From an uncultured Bacteroides sp. (GTDB taxonomy: Bacteria; Bacteroidota; Bacteroidia; Bacteroidales; GCA-2748055): a stretch of 64,000 bases of DNA. The stretch covers positions 11,087 to 75,086 of the forward strand of contig CAZRZY010000008.1 in assembly GCA_964604655.1 (NCBI GenBank), read 5' to 3'. The notes under the pieces were generated by a model. The model saw only the letters and a program-made list of their open reading frames with translations, was not told where the DNA came from and searched no databases. This document shows, in pieces, positions 9,598 to 19,783 of the stretch. Every line of letters begins with the position of its first letter. The stretch's first letter is position 1. Made by a program: the position numbers and the translations under genes.

Positions 9598-10572
9598 ATG
9601 ATCAAACTGGAGGAGATACGAAAGCCTGTTGAGCAGGAAATGAATGAATTCAACAAAAGATTCAGAGCTGTCATATCCAGTCCGGTTCCTATTTTAAATA
9701 TAGTGACCAGATACGTGCTGCGCAGAAAAGGAAAGCAGATCCGGCCGCTGTTCGTGTTTCTGTCTTCCAAACTTACGGGAGAAATCACGGATTCTTCTTA
9801 TACGGCAGCATCCCTCATAGAACTTATGCACACAGCCACCCTTGTGCACGACGATGTAGTGGATGAATCCAATGAACGGAGAGGGGCGTTCTCCATCAAC
9901 GCCATCTGGAAATCTAAGGTGGCTGTACTTTTCGGAGATTACCTTCTGGCGAGGGGCCTGCTGCTTGCAGTAGATCAGAAGGAATATGATCTTCTGGAAA
10001 TAGTATCCAATGCTTCGCGTGAAATGAGTGAAGGTGAGCTTCTCCAAATACAAAAATCGAGAAGTCTCAATATCGATATGGAGACCTATTATGAAGTGAT
10101 TCGAAAGAAAACTGCCACGCTTATCGCCTCTTGTACTGCATGCGGAGCAAAAGCTGCTTCGGCCAGAAAAGAGGTAGTCGAAAGGTCTTACGAGATGGGA
10201 ATCCACATAGGAATGGCTTTTCAAATAAAGGACGATCTATTTGATTATCAACCACATGGAATGATCGGAAAGCCCACAGGAAACGATATAAAGGAGAAGA
10301 AATTCACCCTCCCGCTGATATACGCCTTGAACCGTGCTGAGCCCTCTTTGAGGAAACAGATGATCCGCAAAATTAAAAAAGGGAACAAGAGCCAAAAGGT
10401 GGTCAATGAAGTAGTAGGTTTTGTAAATCAGATGGGAGGAATTGATTTTGCCATGGAGAAAATGCATGAATTCAAAACCAGTGCCATGGAAATTCTCCAA
10501 AGCTTCCCTCCTTCTCCTTCAAGGGATTCCCTTCGAAATTTAGTCGAATTTACCGTTTCGCGGAATCGCTAA
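9598..10572 (+). CDS. Polyprenyl diphosphate synthase (IspB-like)
   Basis: GKQIRP, first Asp-rich motif HDDVVD..RRG, second motif FQIKDDLFD. Confidence 0.93.
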   Translation: MIKLEEIRKPVEQEMNEFNKRFRAVISSPVPILNIVTRYVLRRKGKQIRPLFVFLSSKLTGEITDSSYTAASLIELMHTATLVHDDVVDESNERRGAFSINAIWKSKVAVLFGDYLLARGLLLAVDQKEYDLLEIVSNASREMSEGELLQIQKSRSLNIDMETYYEVIRKKTATLIASCTACGAKAASARKEVVERSYEMGIHIGMAFQIKDDLFDYQPHGMIGKPTGNDIKEKKFTLPLIYALNRAEPSLRKQMIRKIKKGNKSQKVVNEVVGFVNQMGGIDFAMEKMHEFKTSAMEILQSFPPSPSRDSLRNLVEFTVSRNR

Positions 10573-12368
10573 CCCTGAAAATGGCGTTTCACCTTTTCTG
10601 CCAGAGATTTTCCGATCACGCGTTCCAGCTCATCCTGACTGGCAGTGCGCACTTTCTCCAGCGAGCTGAAATGTGAATAGAGCATTTCTATGGTTCTGAT
10701 CCCTATTCCGGGAATGGAATCCAGGGATGACCTGGTTAATTTGCTTGAGCGTTTTTGCCGGTGAAATGTGATCCCGAAACGATGAGCCTCATTCCTCAGG
10801 TGCTGGATCAGTTTGAGTGATTCGGAACTTTTATCAATATATAGTGGTACCGGATCCTCAGGAAAATAGATCTCTTCCAGCTTTTTTGCAATTCCAATCA
10901 CTGCGATGGTTCCCCGAAGTTGCAGTTTTTCCAGACTTTTCAGTGCGGCATTCAATTGCCCCTTTCCTCCGTCTATCACCACTAATTGCGGGAGTTCTTC
11001 GCCTTCTTTTATGAGCCGGGCGTATCTTCTGAATACCACCTCCTCCATGGAGGCAAAGTCGTTGATCCCCGATACTCCTTTGATATGGTAATGCCGGTAT
11101 TCCCTTTTTGAGGGAATTCCGTTTCGAAATACCACGCATGCAGCCACCGGATCGCTTCCCTGGATATTGCTGTTATCAAAGCATTCGATATGAACCGGTA
11201 ACTCTTTTAATCTGAGATCCTGTTGGACAGTTCTCAGTGTGCGTTCACCTGAACGGATGGTTTTATTGTCCGATTGACGTTTCTTCTTCTCAAGCCGGTA
11301 ACTTCTAGCGTTTCTTTCAGAAAGCTCTAATAACTTCTTCTTATCACCTCTTTGAGGAATGGTCACCTTGCAGTCTGGGTAATATTCACTAATATCGAAG
11401 GGAACAATCATCTCTTTGGAAGCAGAGTGCAACCTGTTTCTTAAGTCTGTAATTGCGAAAATCAATAAGTCCTTGTTCTCCTCATCCAGTCTCTTCTTTA
11501 ATTCCACGGTATGAGCCTGAATAATGGCACCTCTGACCACCTTAATATAATTCACATAGGCCGCATGGTCTTCGCTGACAATGGAGAACACATCCACGTC
11601 ATTGATGGAAGAATTTACAATGGTCGATTTGCTCTGATGCCTGGATAGTATTTCAATTTTCTGTTTTAACTTTTCTGCCTGTTCAAACTGAAACCTCTCA
11701 GCCCGTTTTTCCATCTCTCTTTTGAGAAATCTGATCACCTCAACCAGATTCCCTTTGATAATCTCCCTGATCTGGCTGATATTCTCCAGATACTCCTTTT
11801 CATCCTGTTTCCCCTCACAAGGCCCTTTGCAGTTCCCAATGTGATATTCCAGACATACTTTAAAACGACCTTCCCCTATCTTCTCTTCCGAGAGAGGTAA
11901 CCTGCAATTTCTCAACGGGTAGATTTGCCTGATTAGATTTAACAACACCTTCACAGCATAAGCCGACGTATAGGGACCATAGTATTCTGATCCATCTTTA
12001 ATCAGGGTACGTGTGGAGAAGACTCGCGGAAAAGGTTCATTCCTAATACAGATCCAGGGAAATGACTTATCGTCCTTAAGTAAGATATTATACCTGGGTT
12101 GATGCTTCTTGATCAGATTATTCTCCAATAATAAAGCATCAGGTTCACTTCCCACTTCGATGAACTTCAGATCGGCGGTTTTTTGTACCAGAATTCCTAT
12201 TTTAAAAGAATCGTGGGTTTTTCGCGAAAAATAGGAACTGACTCTCTTCCTCAGATTTTTCGCCTTTCCGATGTAAATGATCTTTCCATCACTGTCCAGA
12301 AACTGGTAAACCCCTGGATGCTCTGGAAGTGATCTCGACTTTTCATGCAGTTCCTTCGTGTATCCCAT
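10569..12368 (-). CDS. uvrC: Excinuclease ABC subunit C
   Basis: GIY-YIG (PGVY..IYIGKAKNLRKRV.SYF), UVR domain, IECFDNS, DGGKGQL, HhH tail. Confidence 0.98.
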   Translation of the reverse strand: MGYTKELHEKSRSLPEHPGVYQFLDSDGKIIYIGKAKNLRKRVSSYFSRKTHDSFKIGILVQKTADLKFIEVGSEPDALLLENNLIKKHQPRYNILLKDDKSFPWICIRNEPFPRVFSTRTLIKDGSEYYGPYTSAYAVKVLLNLIRQIYPLRNCRLPLSEEKIGEGRFKVCLEYHIGNCKGPCEGKQDEKEYLENISQIREIIKGNLVEVIRFLKREMEKRAERFQFEQAEKLKQKIEILSRHQSKSTIVNSSINDVDVFSIVSEDHAAYVNYIKVVRGAIIQAHTVELKKRLDEENKDLLIFAITDLRNRLHSASKEMIVPFDISEYYPDCKVTIPQRGDKKKLLELSERNARSYRLEKKKRQSDNKTIRSGERTLRTVQQDLRLKELPVHIECFDNSNIQGSDPVAACVVFRNGIPSKREYRHYHIKGVSGINDFASMEEVVFRRYARLIKEGEELPQLVVIDGGKGQLNAALKSLEKLQLRGTIAVIGIAKKLEEIYFPEDPVPLYIDKSSESLKLIQHLRNEAHRFGITFHRQKRSSKLTRSSLDSIPGIGIRTIEMLYSHFSSLEKVRTASQDELERVIGKSLAEKVKRHFQG

Positions 12369-12914
12369 TTAAATACCGGAAAATGAGAATAGCGTTTCCA
12401 CCCTGTAAGCGTTCAGTTTAGACCTTCCCTTCAGTTCAGGGAGTTCCACCATAAAAATCAGCTTCATCACCTCTCCTCCAAGAATTTCTACTAACTCACA
12501 GGCAGCTTTAGCCGTTCCTCCTGTGGCCAGCAGATCATCCACAATGATGACCTTTTCACCTTTCAGTATAGCATCTTCATGTATCTCCAGTGAATCCTTA
12601 CCATATTCCAGGTCGTATTCAATTTTCTTTTTCCTGTATGGAAGCTTTCCCTGCTTTCTTGCCAGGACCACTCCCCCTCCATATCTTCCAACCAGAGCAC
12701 CCGCAAGGATGAAACCTCTTGCTTCTATACCTACCATCTTAATGGGTTTCTCCAATAAAAACCCTCCCATCAGATCTACAGTCAAATTCATGGTTTCGGG
12801 ATCCTGAAAGATCGTGGTAAGATCCCTGAAAATGATCCCCTCCGACGGGAAGTCCGTGATCGATCTTGTTCTCACCTTCAATAAACCAATGGCCCGGTTT
12901 CTGTCAAATTCCAT
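12369..12914 (-). CDS. apt: Adenine phosphoribosyltransferase
   Basis: DFPSEGIIFRD, GIEARGF, LEYG, VDDLLATGGT PRPP motif; start at ATG 12914 or at GTG 12935 (which lies inside parS). Confidence 0.93.
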   Translation of the reverse strand: MEFDRNRAIGLLKVRTRSITDFPSEGIIFRDLTTIFQDPETMNLTVDLMGGFLLEKPIKMVGIEARGFILAGALVGRYGGGVVLARKQGKLPYRKKKIEYDLEYGKDSLEIHEDAILKGEKVIIVDDLLATGGTAKAACELVEILGGEVMKLIFMVELPELKGRSKLNAYRVETLFSFSGI

Positions 12915-12927
12915 GGTAGCCAATTTA

Positions 12928-12943
12928 TGTTCCACGTGGAACT
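12928..12943. other. parS centromere-like site
   Basis: TGTTCCACGTGGAACT with a perfect 14-bp palindromic core GTTCCACGTGGAAC (12929-12942) resembling the parS consensus; at the mnmG stop codon. Confidence 0.85.
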
Positions 12944-14816
12944 ATCGTCCCATATATACCAATAGAACACTGATGTCACTTGGAGAAACTCCCGATATCC
13001 TGGAAGCCTGTCCTATCGTTTCAGGCCTCAGTTTCTTTAATTTGTGCCGAGCCTCCGTTGATATGCTTTTCAACCGGTCATAATCAAAGGTGTTATCCAG
13101 TCTGATCCGCTCCAATCTTTTCATTTTATCGGCCATCTGTCTCTCCCTCGTTATATATCCCTCATATTTTACGGCAATCTCCACCGCTTCCAATACTTCC
13201 CCGTTCATCTCACTCACCTTTATGCTATTCAATTTAAGCTCCTTCAACTCCTGCACCAGATGGAAAAGTTTTACTTGTGGCCTTCGTGTCAAATCAATTA
13301 ACTTCGTCTTTTGTTTTAAGGGTGATGTTCCACACTCCTTCAGAAAATCATTGATTCGCTCCGGGGAAACACTTTCCCTTTGTAGCAATTCTATGATATC
13401 CCTAATTGTTCTTCTCTTCCTTTTTAACCATTCGACCCTTTTCTCCCCTGCCAGTCCGATCTCATGACTCAATTCCGTCAATCGTTCGTCCGCATTATCT
13501 TGTCTCAACAAAATCCTGTACTCCGCTCTTGATGTAAACATCCTATAGGGTTCATCCACACCCTTGGTGACCAGGTCATCAATGAGAACACCAATATATG
13601 CCTGATCCCTGCCCAGTATGAATTCCTGATCTCCACGAATCTGAAGTGCCGCATTGATCCCTGCCATAATTCCCTGAGCGGCCGCCTCTTCATAGCCTGT
13701 AGTACCGTTTATCTGTCCTGCGAAATAGAGATTCCCCAGCTTCTTAGTCTCCAGTGTGTGCTTCAATTGGGTGGGAGGATAATAATCATACTCAATAGCA
13801 TACCCAGGACGGAATATTTTGACTTTCCCGAATCCTTCGATCCTTCTCAGAGCCTTCAACTGCACTTCCCAGGGCAGTGAAGAAGAGAAACCGTTTATAT
13901 AAAACTCAATGGTATCATTTCCTTCAGGTTCCAGAAACAACTGGTGTTCCGCTTTATCGGTAAAGGTACGTATCTTGTCTTCAATGCTCGGGCAGTATCT
14001 CGGACCGATACTCTTGATGGTTCCATCAAACATCGGGCTGGCATCAAATCCCTTTTCCAATTCTTCATGGACCACCTCGCTGGTGTAAGCGATATAGCAG
14101 CTTTGATGATCGCTGTAATCCACCCGGTAATTCAGAAAGCTGAACTTCCTGTTCTCAAAATCTCCTGGTTGCTCCTTCAGTTTTGAAAAGTCGACGCTCC
14201 TCCCATCGATCCGGGCAGGTGTCCCCGTCTTCATTCTTCCCACTTCGAATCCATGAGCATTTAATTGTTCGCTTATTCCTTCCGATGGTGGTTCTCCCAT
14301 TCTTCCTCCTTTCATCTTTGCTTTTCCCACATGCATCAATCCATTAATAAACGTTCCTGCAGTAAGAATCACTTTTTCTGAAAAGAACGGTATCCCCATG
14401 GAGGTGACTACCCCCTTCACTTCTCCCTTCTCAATAATCAGTTCCGTTACTTTGTCCTGCCAGAACTCCAGGTGTTTAATCTCCTCCAGTACCTTTCTCC
14501 ACTCGATAGAAAATCTGGTTCTGTCACACTGTGCTCTCGGACTCCACATAGCAGGTCCCTTACTTCGGTTCAGCATCCTGAATTGTATCATTGACCTGTC
14601 GGTAATGATAGCAGAATAACCCCCCAGTGCATCAATTTCCCTAATAATCTGTCCTTTGGCAATACCTCCCATGGCAGGATTACAAGACATTTGGGCATAT
14701 TTAGTCATGTCCATGGTAACAAGCAGGGTCTTGCACCCCATATTGGCGGCTGCGGCAGCTGCTTCACATCCCGCATGCCCTCCTCCCACAACAATTACGT
14801 CATATGACTTTTCCAT
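12942..14816 (-). CDS. mnmG: tRNA uridine 5-carboxymethylaminomethyl modification enzyme
   Basis: GGGHAGCEAA, MSCNPAMGG, GPRYCPSIEDK and AGQINGTTGYEEAAAQG motifs. Confidence 0.98.
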   Translation of the reverse strand: MEKSYDVIVVGGGHAGCEAAAAAANMGCKTLLVTMDMTKYAQMSCNPAMGGIAKGQIIREIDALGGYSAIITDRSMIQFRMLNRSKGPAMWSPRAQCDRTRFSIEWRKVLEEIKHLEFWQDKVTELIIEKGEVKGVVTSMGIPFFSEKVILTAGTFINGLMHVGKAKMKGGRMGEPPSEGISEQLNAHGFEVGRMKTGTPARIDGRSVDFSKLKEQPGDFENRKFSFLNYRVDYSDHQSCYIAYTSEVVHEELEKGFDASPMFDGTIKSIGPRYCPSIEDKIRTFTDKAEHQLFLEPEGNDTIEFYINGFSSSLPWEVQLKALRRIEGFGKVKIFRPGYAIEYDYYPPTQLKHTLETKKLGNLYFAGQINGTTGYEEAAAQGIMAGINAALQIRGDQEFILGRDQAYIGVLIDDLVTKGVDEPYRMFTSRAEYRILLRQDNADERLTELSHEIGLAGEKRVEWLKRKRRTIRDIIELLQRESVSPERINDFLKECGTSPLKQKTKLIDLTRRPQVKLFHLVQELKELKLNSIKVSEMNGEVLEAVEIAVKYEGYITRERQMADKMKRLERIRLDNTFDYDRLKSISTEARHKLKKLRPETIGQASRISGVSPSDISVLLVYMGR

Positions 14817-14825
14817 CTTGCTTGG

Positions 14826-15242
14826 TTACATCCACAAATTTAATGCTTCGTTCTCCTTCTCTATCATCATTTTTTTTTCCGCCTTTGATAGATCCCCAAA
14901 TCCCATCAGATGCAGAACTCCGTGTGCCATAACCCGTCGCGTCTCATTTTCCGGCTTCGCACCATATTGCTTCGCATTGTACCTCACCTGATCAACTCCA
15001 ATATAGATATCTCCAGATATGTTATTTCCTTCAGAGTAATCAAAGGATATAACATCCGTAGGGTAATTGTGGTTTAAATACGTTTTGTTGATTTGCCGGA
15101 TCTGGGAGTCTGAAACAAAGACGAAATTCAACGACCCGATCCCTTTTCCGTGACTTCGAACTATTTCATGGATCCACTTCCTGTGTTTTTCCTTCTCTTG
15201 TAGCTGAAATGGATGGTCTTCGCTATGAAACCATATGGTCAC
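14826..15242 (-). CDS. ybeY: rRNA maturation endoribonuclease
   Basis: NKTYLNH.YPTDVISF, GDIYI, HGVLHLMGFGD metal motif. Confidence 0.93.
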   Translation of the reverse strand: MTIWFHSEDHPFQLQEKEKHRKWIHEIVRSHGKGIGSLNFVFVSDSQIRQINKTYLNHNYPTDVISFDYSEGNNISGDIYIGVDQVRYNAKQYGAKPENETRRVMAHGVLHLMGFGDLSKAEKKMMIEKENEALNLWM

Positions 15243-15637
15243 TAAAGTCGGAACTTAAGCTCTACGATACGTCCATCCTCCAGGTAAAGAATCTCATCCG
15301 ATAATCTTTCCATTAAAAAAATCCCTCTTCCGTTGATCTTCTCCAGATTCTCTGGTGATGTTGGATCCGGTACATTGCTATAGTCAAATCCTTTTCCCTG
15401 ATCTTCTATTTGTACTTTCAGCTCCTCCTCATCGAGTAAGATGGCAATCCTGACCTCCTTTTCCGGATCTGATTTGTTTCCATGGATAATAGCATTGTTC
15501 GTAGCCTCCATAGTAGCCACCAGCACGTTACCATAAATTTCATCACTCAGGTCAAGTTCCAGAGACAACTCATCAATCGCTTTTTCTACCATTCGAAGGT
15601 TTCCAACGTCAGAAGGGATTCGCAGGTCTTTTCTCAT
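15242..15637 (-). CDS. RsbW-like anti-sigma / Ser-Thr kinase (HATPase_c_2)
   Basis: EATNNAIIHGN (N box), DQGKGFD (G1), GRGIFLM (G2); 131 aa. Confidence 0.85.
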   Translation of the reverse strand: MRKDLRIPSDVGNLRMVEKAIDELSLELDLSDEIYGNVLVATMEATNNAIIHGNKSDPEKEVRIAILLDEEELKVQIEDQGKGFDYSNVPDPTSPENLEKINGRGIFLMERLSDEILYLEDGRIVELKFRL

Positions 15638-15696
15638 AATGATACCAATGGACGATTCTTATACGTCACATTCCTCCCAAAGGTTCTAAAAAACTC

Positions 15697-16881
15697 TCAT
15701 TTACTCAGCCACTCCTCCGGATTGAGAATTTCCCGTTCCTCCCATATCTCAAAATGCATCGTTGCGATCCCCTCTTTTTCATCTGTAAAAGCTTCTCCCA
15801 GAATCTGTTTCGTGTCTACTTTGTCTCCCGTTTTCACTCTGACATTGACCAGGTTCAGGTATACCGATAGGAATTCTCCATGTCTTATTAATACCGTATA
15901 ATTGGCTCCCAGAATCCTGAAGACTTTGGTCACTTCCCCTTCAAATATGGCTCTGACCGCCGTACCAGACTCACTATTAATATCAATCCCGTTATTACTC
16001 ACACTTGATCCTCGTAATCCTGGCACTTCATTGTCTCCGAAACCGGTGGTAATAATACCCCGCTCCACAGGCCAGGGCAATTTTCCCCTGTTCCTTCTAA
16101 AGTCATTTCCTACCAGTTCCTGCTCAGGGGTCAATGCGCCATAAATATTTTCTGCATTTACTTTCCTTGCTTCCTCTTCGATAATCGCTCTGATCCTGGA
16201 CTCCAGTTCGCCGGCGATCCGTTCCTTTTCCCTGATCTCAGCCCTAAGTTTCGATTCCTCCTTCTGCAAATCACGAACCATTCTGTTTCTCCTTGCTCTT
16301 TCGTTGACCAGCTCATTCTGCTCCTTCTCTTTCTCTATCAGCACCTGCAGTTTCTCCTCCTTCAACACGCCGAGTTCTTCCTTCCCCCTGTTCAGTTCTG
16401 CTACCAATAATTCTATCTCCTCCGCTTTTTTAACTCTATACTCCCCGATATACTTCAGGTATTTATATCTCTGATAGGTTTGCGATATAGTATTTCCAGC
16501 CAGGATGTACATCAGTTTCTCATAATTGGTATGATTCCTGTAGGCATAATAGATCATTTTCGCATATTCATCCTTGTTCCTTCTATTCTCTGCATTTAAC
16601 CTTCGAATGGAAGCTTCGGCTTCAACGATCTCTTCATCCAGCAGCTTGATCTCCTTTCCCATGGCATCAATGAGCTCAGCCCTTGAATTTATACCTTTCT
16701 GTATGATTCGAACCCTTTGCAGATTGCCCGACCTTCTTTCCTGAGCTTTCTCCATCAACTCCCTGGCCAGCCTAATTTCATCAAAAGTCTTCTGTTTCTG
16801 CGCCTGCAATTCCTCTTTAGTCTGAGCAACCAGGCTACAATAAACCGCCATGAGAATCCATATGACAGCTATTCGTTTCAT
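15697..16881 (-). CDS. EnvC-like murein hydrolase activator (coiled coil + degenerate M23)
   Basis: Signal peptide, long coiled coil, GKLPWPV, NNGIDI and MHFEIW; Zn ligands partly missing. Confidence 0.88.
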   Translation of the reverse strand: MKRIAVIWILMAVYCSLVAQTKEELQAQKQKTFDEIRLARELMEKAQERRSGNLQRVRIIQKGINSRAELIDAMGKEIKLLDEEIVEAEASIRRLNAENRRNKDEYAKMIYYAYRNHTNYEKLMYILAGNTISQTYQRYKYLKYIGEYRVKKAEEIELLVAELNRGKEELGVLKEEKLQVLIEKEKEQNELVNERARRNRMVRDLQKEESKLRAEIREKERIAGELESRIRAIIEEEARKVNAENIYGALTPEQELVGNDFRRNRGKLPWPVERGIITTGFGDNEVPGLRGSSVSNNGIDINSESGTAVRAIFEGEVTKVFRILGANYTVLIRHGEFLSVYLNLVNVRVKTGDKVDTKQILGEAFTDEKEGIATMHFEIWEEREILNPEEWLSK

Positions 16882-17630
16882 TATCGAAGATCCGTAAAAG
16901 TATATCTTCTTTTGTTGACTTCCATTTTTACCAGTATATCCCTATTGTACAAAGTCTCCCCTCCCCAGGCAGTCAACTCAAAAGGATTGACCAAAAAATT
17001 GAAATACACCTTCATTCCCCCCTCTGTTCGCTCTCCCATCACATACCTCCCTGTTATTTTGTGATAGAATTCAAAGATATCCAACGTCATACTCCCGGAA
17101 TTCCACTGAATACGCTTTTTTACCTCGGGTGTGTCCATATCAAACAGGAGCTTGTTCTCCTTTTCGATGCTGCCACTGAGGAGGTCACAAATGTAATACT
17201 TGCTTATAATATGCTGTATATCTGTAAATTGCATTGGATACTGGTGTCCAAATTGTCGTTTTAGTGGAGTCCTGTAAACGATCCTATTGATTCGGTCAAT
17301 AACTTTAATACTATCCTCATCCATCATAGCTCTTACAATCTCGTATCCGCTGTTGACTGCCGAAACATATATAAAGCTATCCTTTACTGAATAGAGCGAA
17401 ATGGAAACTTCATACCGCTCGTCCATGAAGTCCATTACGGCATCTGCACCCGATATAAATACGGATCTAAGGGTATCTTCCCGAACACAAGCTTCCTTTA
17501 TCCTCTCCAATCCTGTGGATGTGGTTTCACCAATGGTCTGAATCTCTTTGAAGAAGCCGCATCCCGTGTTCAGAGCCAGAACCAGCCATAGCGACAACAG
17601 GATTCTCCAATTGATCATAACCCTCCTCAT
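16881..17630 (-). CDS. DUF4292-like lipoprotein
   Basis: Lipobox-like NTGC, DSIKVIDRINR segment; lies in a dut-TPR-DUF4292-envC order. Confidence 0.65.
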   Translation of the reverse strand: MRRVMINWRILLSLWLVLALNTGCGFFKEIQTIGETTSTGLERIKEACVREDTLRSVFISGADAVMDFMDERYEVSISLYSVKDSFIYVSAVNSGYEIVRAMMDEDSIKVIDRINRIVYRTPLKRQFGHQYPMQFTDIQHIISKYYICDLLSGSIEKENKLLFDMDTPEVKKRIQWNSGSMTLDIFEFYHKITGRYVMGERTEGGMKVYFNFLVNPFELTAWGGETLYNRDILVKMEVNKRRYTFTDLR

Positions 17631-19348
17631 TGAATCTCCCTTAGTACTTCCAGTTTATTATTCAGCCGTTCCTCATCACCCCCCAATAGGATTGCCCTCT
17701 CATAATATGACCTTGCCATCTGAAAACTCTCCAGTGCCCTTTGTATATCTCCTGCATGCTCATTGATTTCCGGATCATTGTTCCCTCCCTTTTCCAACGC
17801 CTCCATAATGGCTCTTTCCGCTTCTTCCCATCTTCCCATTTGATAAAGCACCCATGCATACGTATCAATAAATGTGGCATTCCCGGGATTTTTCTCAACG
17901 GCCTTCCCGCTCCATACCAAAGCATCATCCAGTCTTTCTCCTCTTTCAGCCAGATAATAACTAAAGTTATTTAAAACCATATAGTTATCCGGATAGTCTC
18001 TTATTAATGCTTCAAAAGCTGAGTCTGAAGCAGCATAATCCCCGATCCTGTAATATGCTTCCGCATGCAATATCTGCGATTGTGATTGGTACTCCGTGTT
18101 GTTAAAATCACTCCAATCCACCCCCCTGAAATTTTCTACGATCTCCGGAAACCATTCCAGTTCATATAGGGCGATGGCCCTGAAAAACCGGATATCCATA
18201 CTATCGGGGAACACCTCCAATGCCCTGTTGCTTACCTCCATCAATTCCTTGTTGTCGCCTGCTGCATTGGCCAGCATCATAGCCTGCAAAAATGCCGGGT
18301 AGTTCTCCTCACCTGCATCGATGTATGCTTTTAAGGCCAGATACGCATTCTTGAATTCTCTTGTCTGAATATAGAAATTGGCCGCAATGATCATTCCCTC
18401 CTTATGATCGGGATGTGCCGATCTGAAGCTCTCTATCACCTTTTTCAATTCATCAGGATACAGGTCAATCAGATCCTCTTCCGAAAGATAGTAGGACATA
18501 ATGGCCAGCTTCTTTTCCGCATCGATTTGCTTGCTGTAAAAAGAACCGGCCAGGTAAATCAGACTTTTATCCATTTCCTCCCTTGTCCGGTAATAATCGG
18601 TAAGGTTAGTAAGGGCAAAAATATTCGTACTGTCAATATCCAAAATCTCTTTATAATAGGTGGCTGCCAGCTCCTCGTCTCCCTCTTTCATACTTAGCTC
18701 CGCAGCTACAATCCGGAACTGCAGTGCTTCCGGAAACAGGTACATCACCTTTTCCACTTCCAATCTGGCATCCCTGTACTTTCCTTCCTCCTCAAATAAA
18801 GAGGCTTTCAGTAGCGTGATACGTTCACTAAAACCTCTTTCTTTTTCAATCCTGTCCAGTCCTCGGATGGCCTTTTTCCTTTTCCCCATGGCTGCATGCA
18901 AGTTCGCCATTTGAAACTGCCATTCTACCTCCTCTTCCTCCTCCTTCACTTTATTCTTCAGCACCTTCTCCAATGCATCATAAGACTCGGCAGCTCCCAG
19001 CGCATTAATGAAAGCCATGGTAAACCACTTATTTTCCGGCTCCAGTTCATATGACCGTTCGAGATGCTGGACCGCCGGCCCTTCCTGGTTCAACATCAGA
19101 AAAATAGTTCCCAACTCATAGTGGGCAACAGCACAATCCTCCTTCTCCTTAACAACCAGCCTGTATAACTTTACAGCCTCGGAAAGATTTCCCAGGTTTT
19201 TCTGCTTTACTGCTTCTATCAATGCATATTGGTAGTCATTGGAATCACCCGGCTCCTGGCTAATACCTTTCCTTGGAACGGTCCACATCAGGAGCAAAAG
19301 AAAAAAACCAATTACAATAGATCTTTTTCGGTATATAGCTATCATCAC
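17627..19348 (-). CDS. Tetratricopeptide repeat protein
   Basis: Multiple TPRs; [11 protein letters not shown] and DTYAWVLY motifs. Confidence 0.9.
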   Translation of the reverse strand: MMIAIYRKRSIVIGFFLLLLMWTVPRKGISQEPGDSNDYQYALIEAVKQKNLGNLSEAVKLYRLVVKEKEDCAVAHYELGTIFLMLNQEGPAVQHLERSYELEPENKWFTMAFINALGAAESYDALEKVLKNKVKEEEEEVEWQFQMANLHAAMGKRKKAIRGLDRIEKERGFSERITLLKASLFEEEGKYRDARLEVEKVMYLFPEALQFRIVAAELSMKEGDEELAATYYKEILDIDSTNIFALTNLTDYYRTREEMDKSLIYLAGSFYSKQIDAEKKLAIMSYYLSEEDLIDLYPDELKKVIESFRSAHPDHKEGMIIAANFYIQTREFKNAYLALKAYIDAGEENYPAFLQAMMLANAAGDNKELMEVSNRALEVFPDSMDIRFFRAIALYELEWFPEIVENFRGVDWSDFNNTEYQSQSQILHAEAYYRIGDYAASDSAFEALIRDYPDNYMVLNNFSYYLAERGERLDDALVWSGKAVEKNPGNATFIDTYAWVLYQMGRWEEAERAIMEALEKGGNNDPEINEHAGDIQRALESFQMARSYYERAILLGGDEERLNNKLEVLREIQ

Positions 19349-19779
19349 TTCTCTCCGGTATGTCCGAATCCTCCCTTACCACGGCCGCTGTCCCCAAGCT
19401 CCTCCACCTCTTTCCAGGTGATGGTTTCCACCTTGTTCATGACCATCTGACAAATCCTTTCTCCTCCAGCTATCTCAACGGTCTGTTCGGATAGATTAAT
19501 CAGTATGATACCGATCTCTCCCCGGTAATCAGCATCGATGGTACCTGGAGTATTAATGACGGAGATCCCCTTTTTAAGGGCAAGACCACTTCTTGGCCTG
19601 ATCTGCGCTTCATACCCCTCCGGAATCTCTACGTATAGGCCGGTCGGGATTAATTGACGCTCCATTGGCTTCAATGAAACAGGTTTTTCCAAATTGGCCC
19701 TGATATCCATTCCCGCTGACAACAATGTACTGTATTCGGGCAGTGCATTCTCTGACCGGTTAACTATTTTCACTTTCAT
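19345..19779 (-). CDS. dut: dUTP diphosphatase
   Basis: [25 protein letters not shown] and [10 protein letters not shown] motifs. Confidence 0.97.
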   Translation of the reverse strand: MKVKIVNRSENALPEYSTLLSAGMDIRANLEKPVSLKPMERQLIPTGLYVEIPEGYEAQIRPRSGLALKKGISVINTPGTIDADYRGEIGIILINLSEQTVEIAGGERICQMVMNKVETITWKEVEELGDSGRGKGGFGHTGEK

Positions 19780-19783
19780 CAAT

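Noticed and set aside
14870-14878. T9 tract in ybeY (also T9 in ruvB near 28510 and T8 in nadA near 30922)
   Set aside because: Lys-codon A-runs in housekeeping genes; not credible phase-variation sites.
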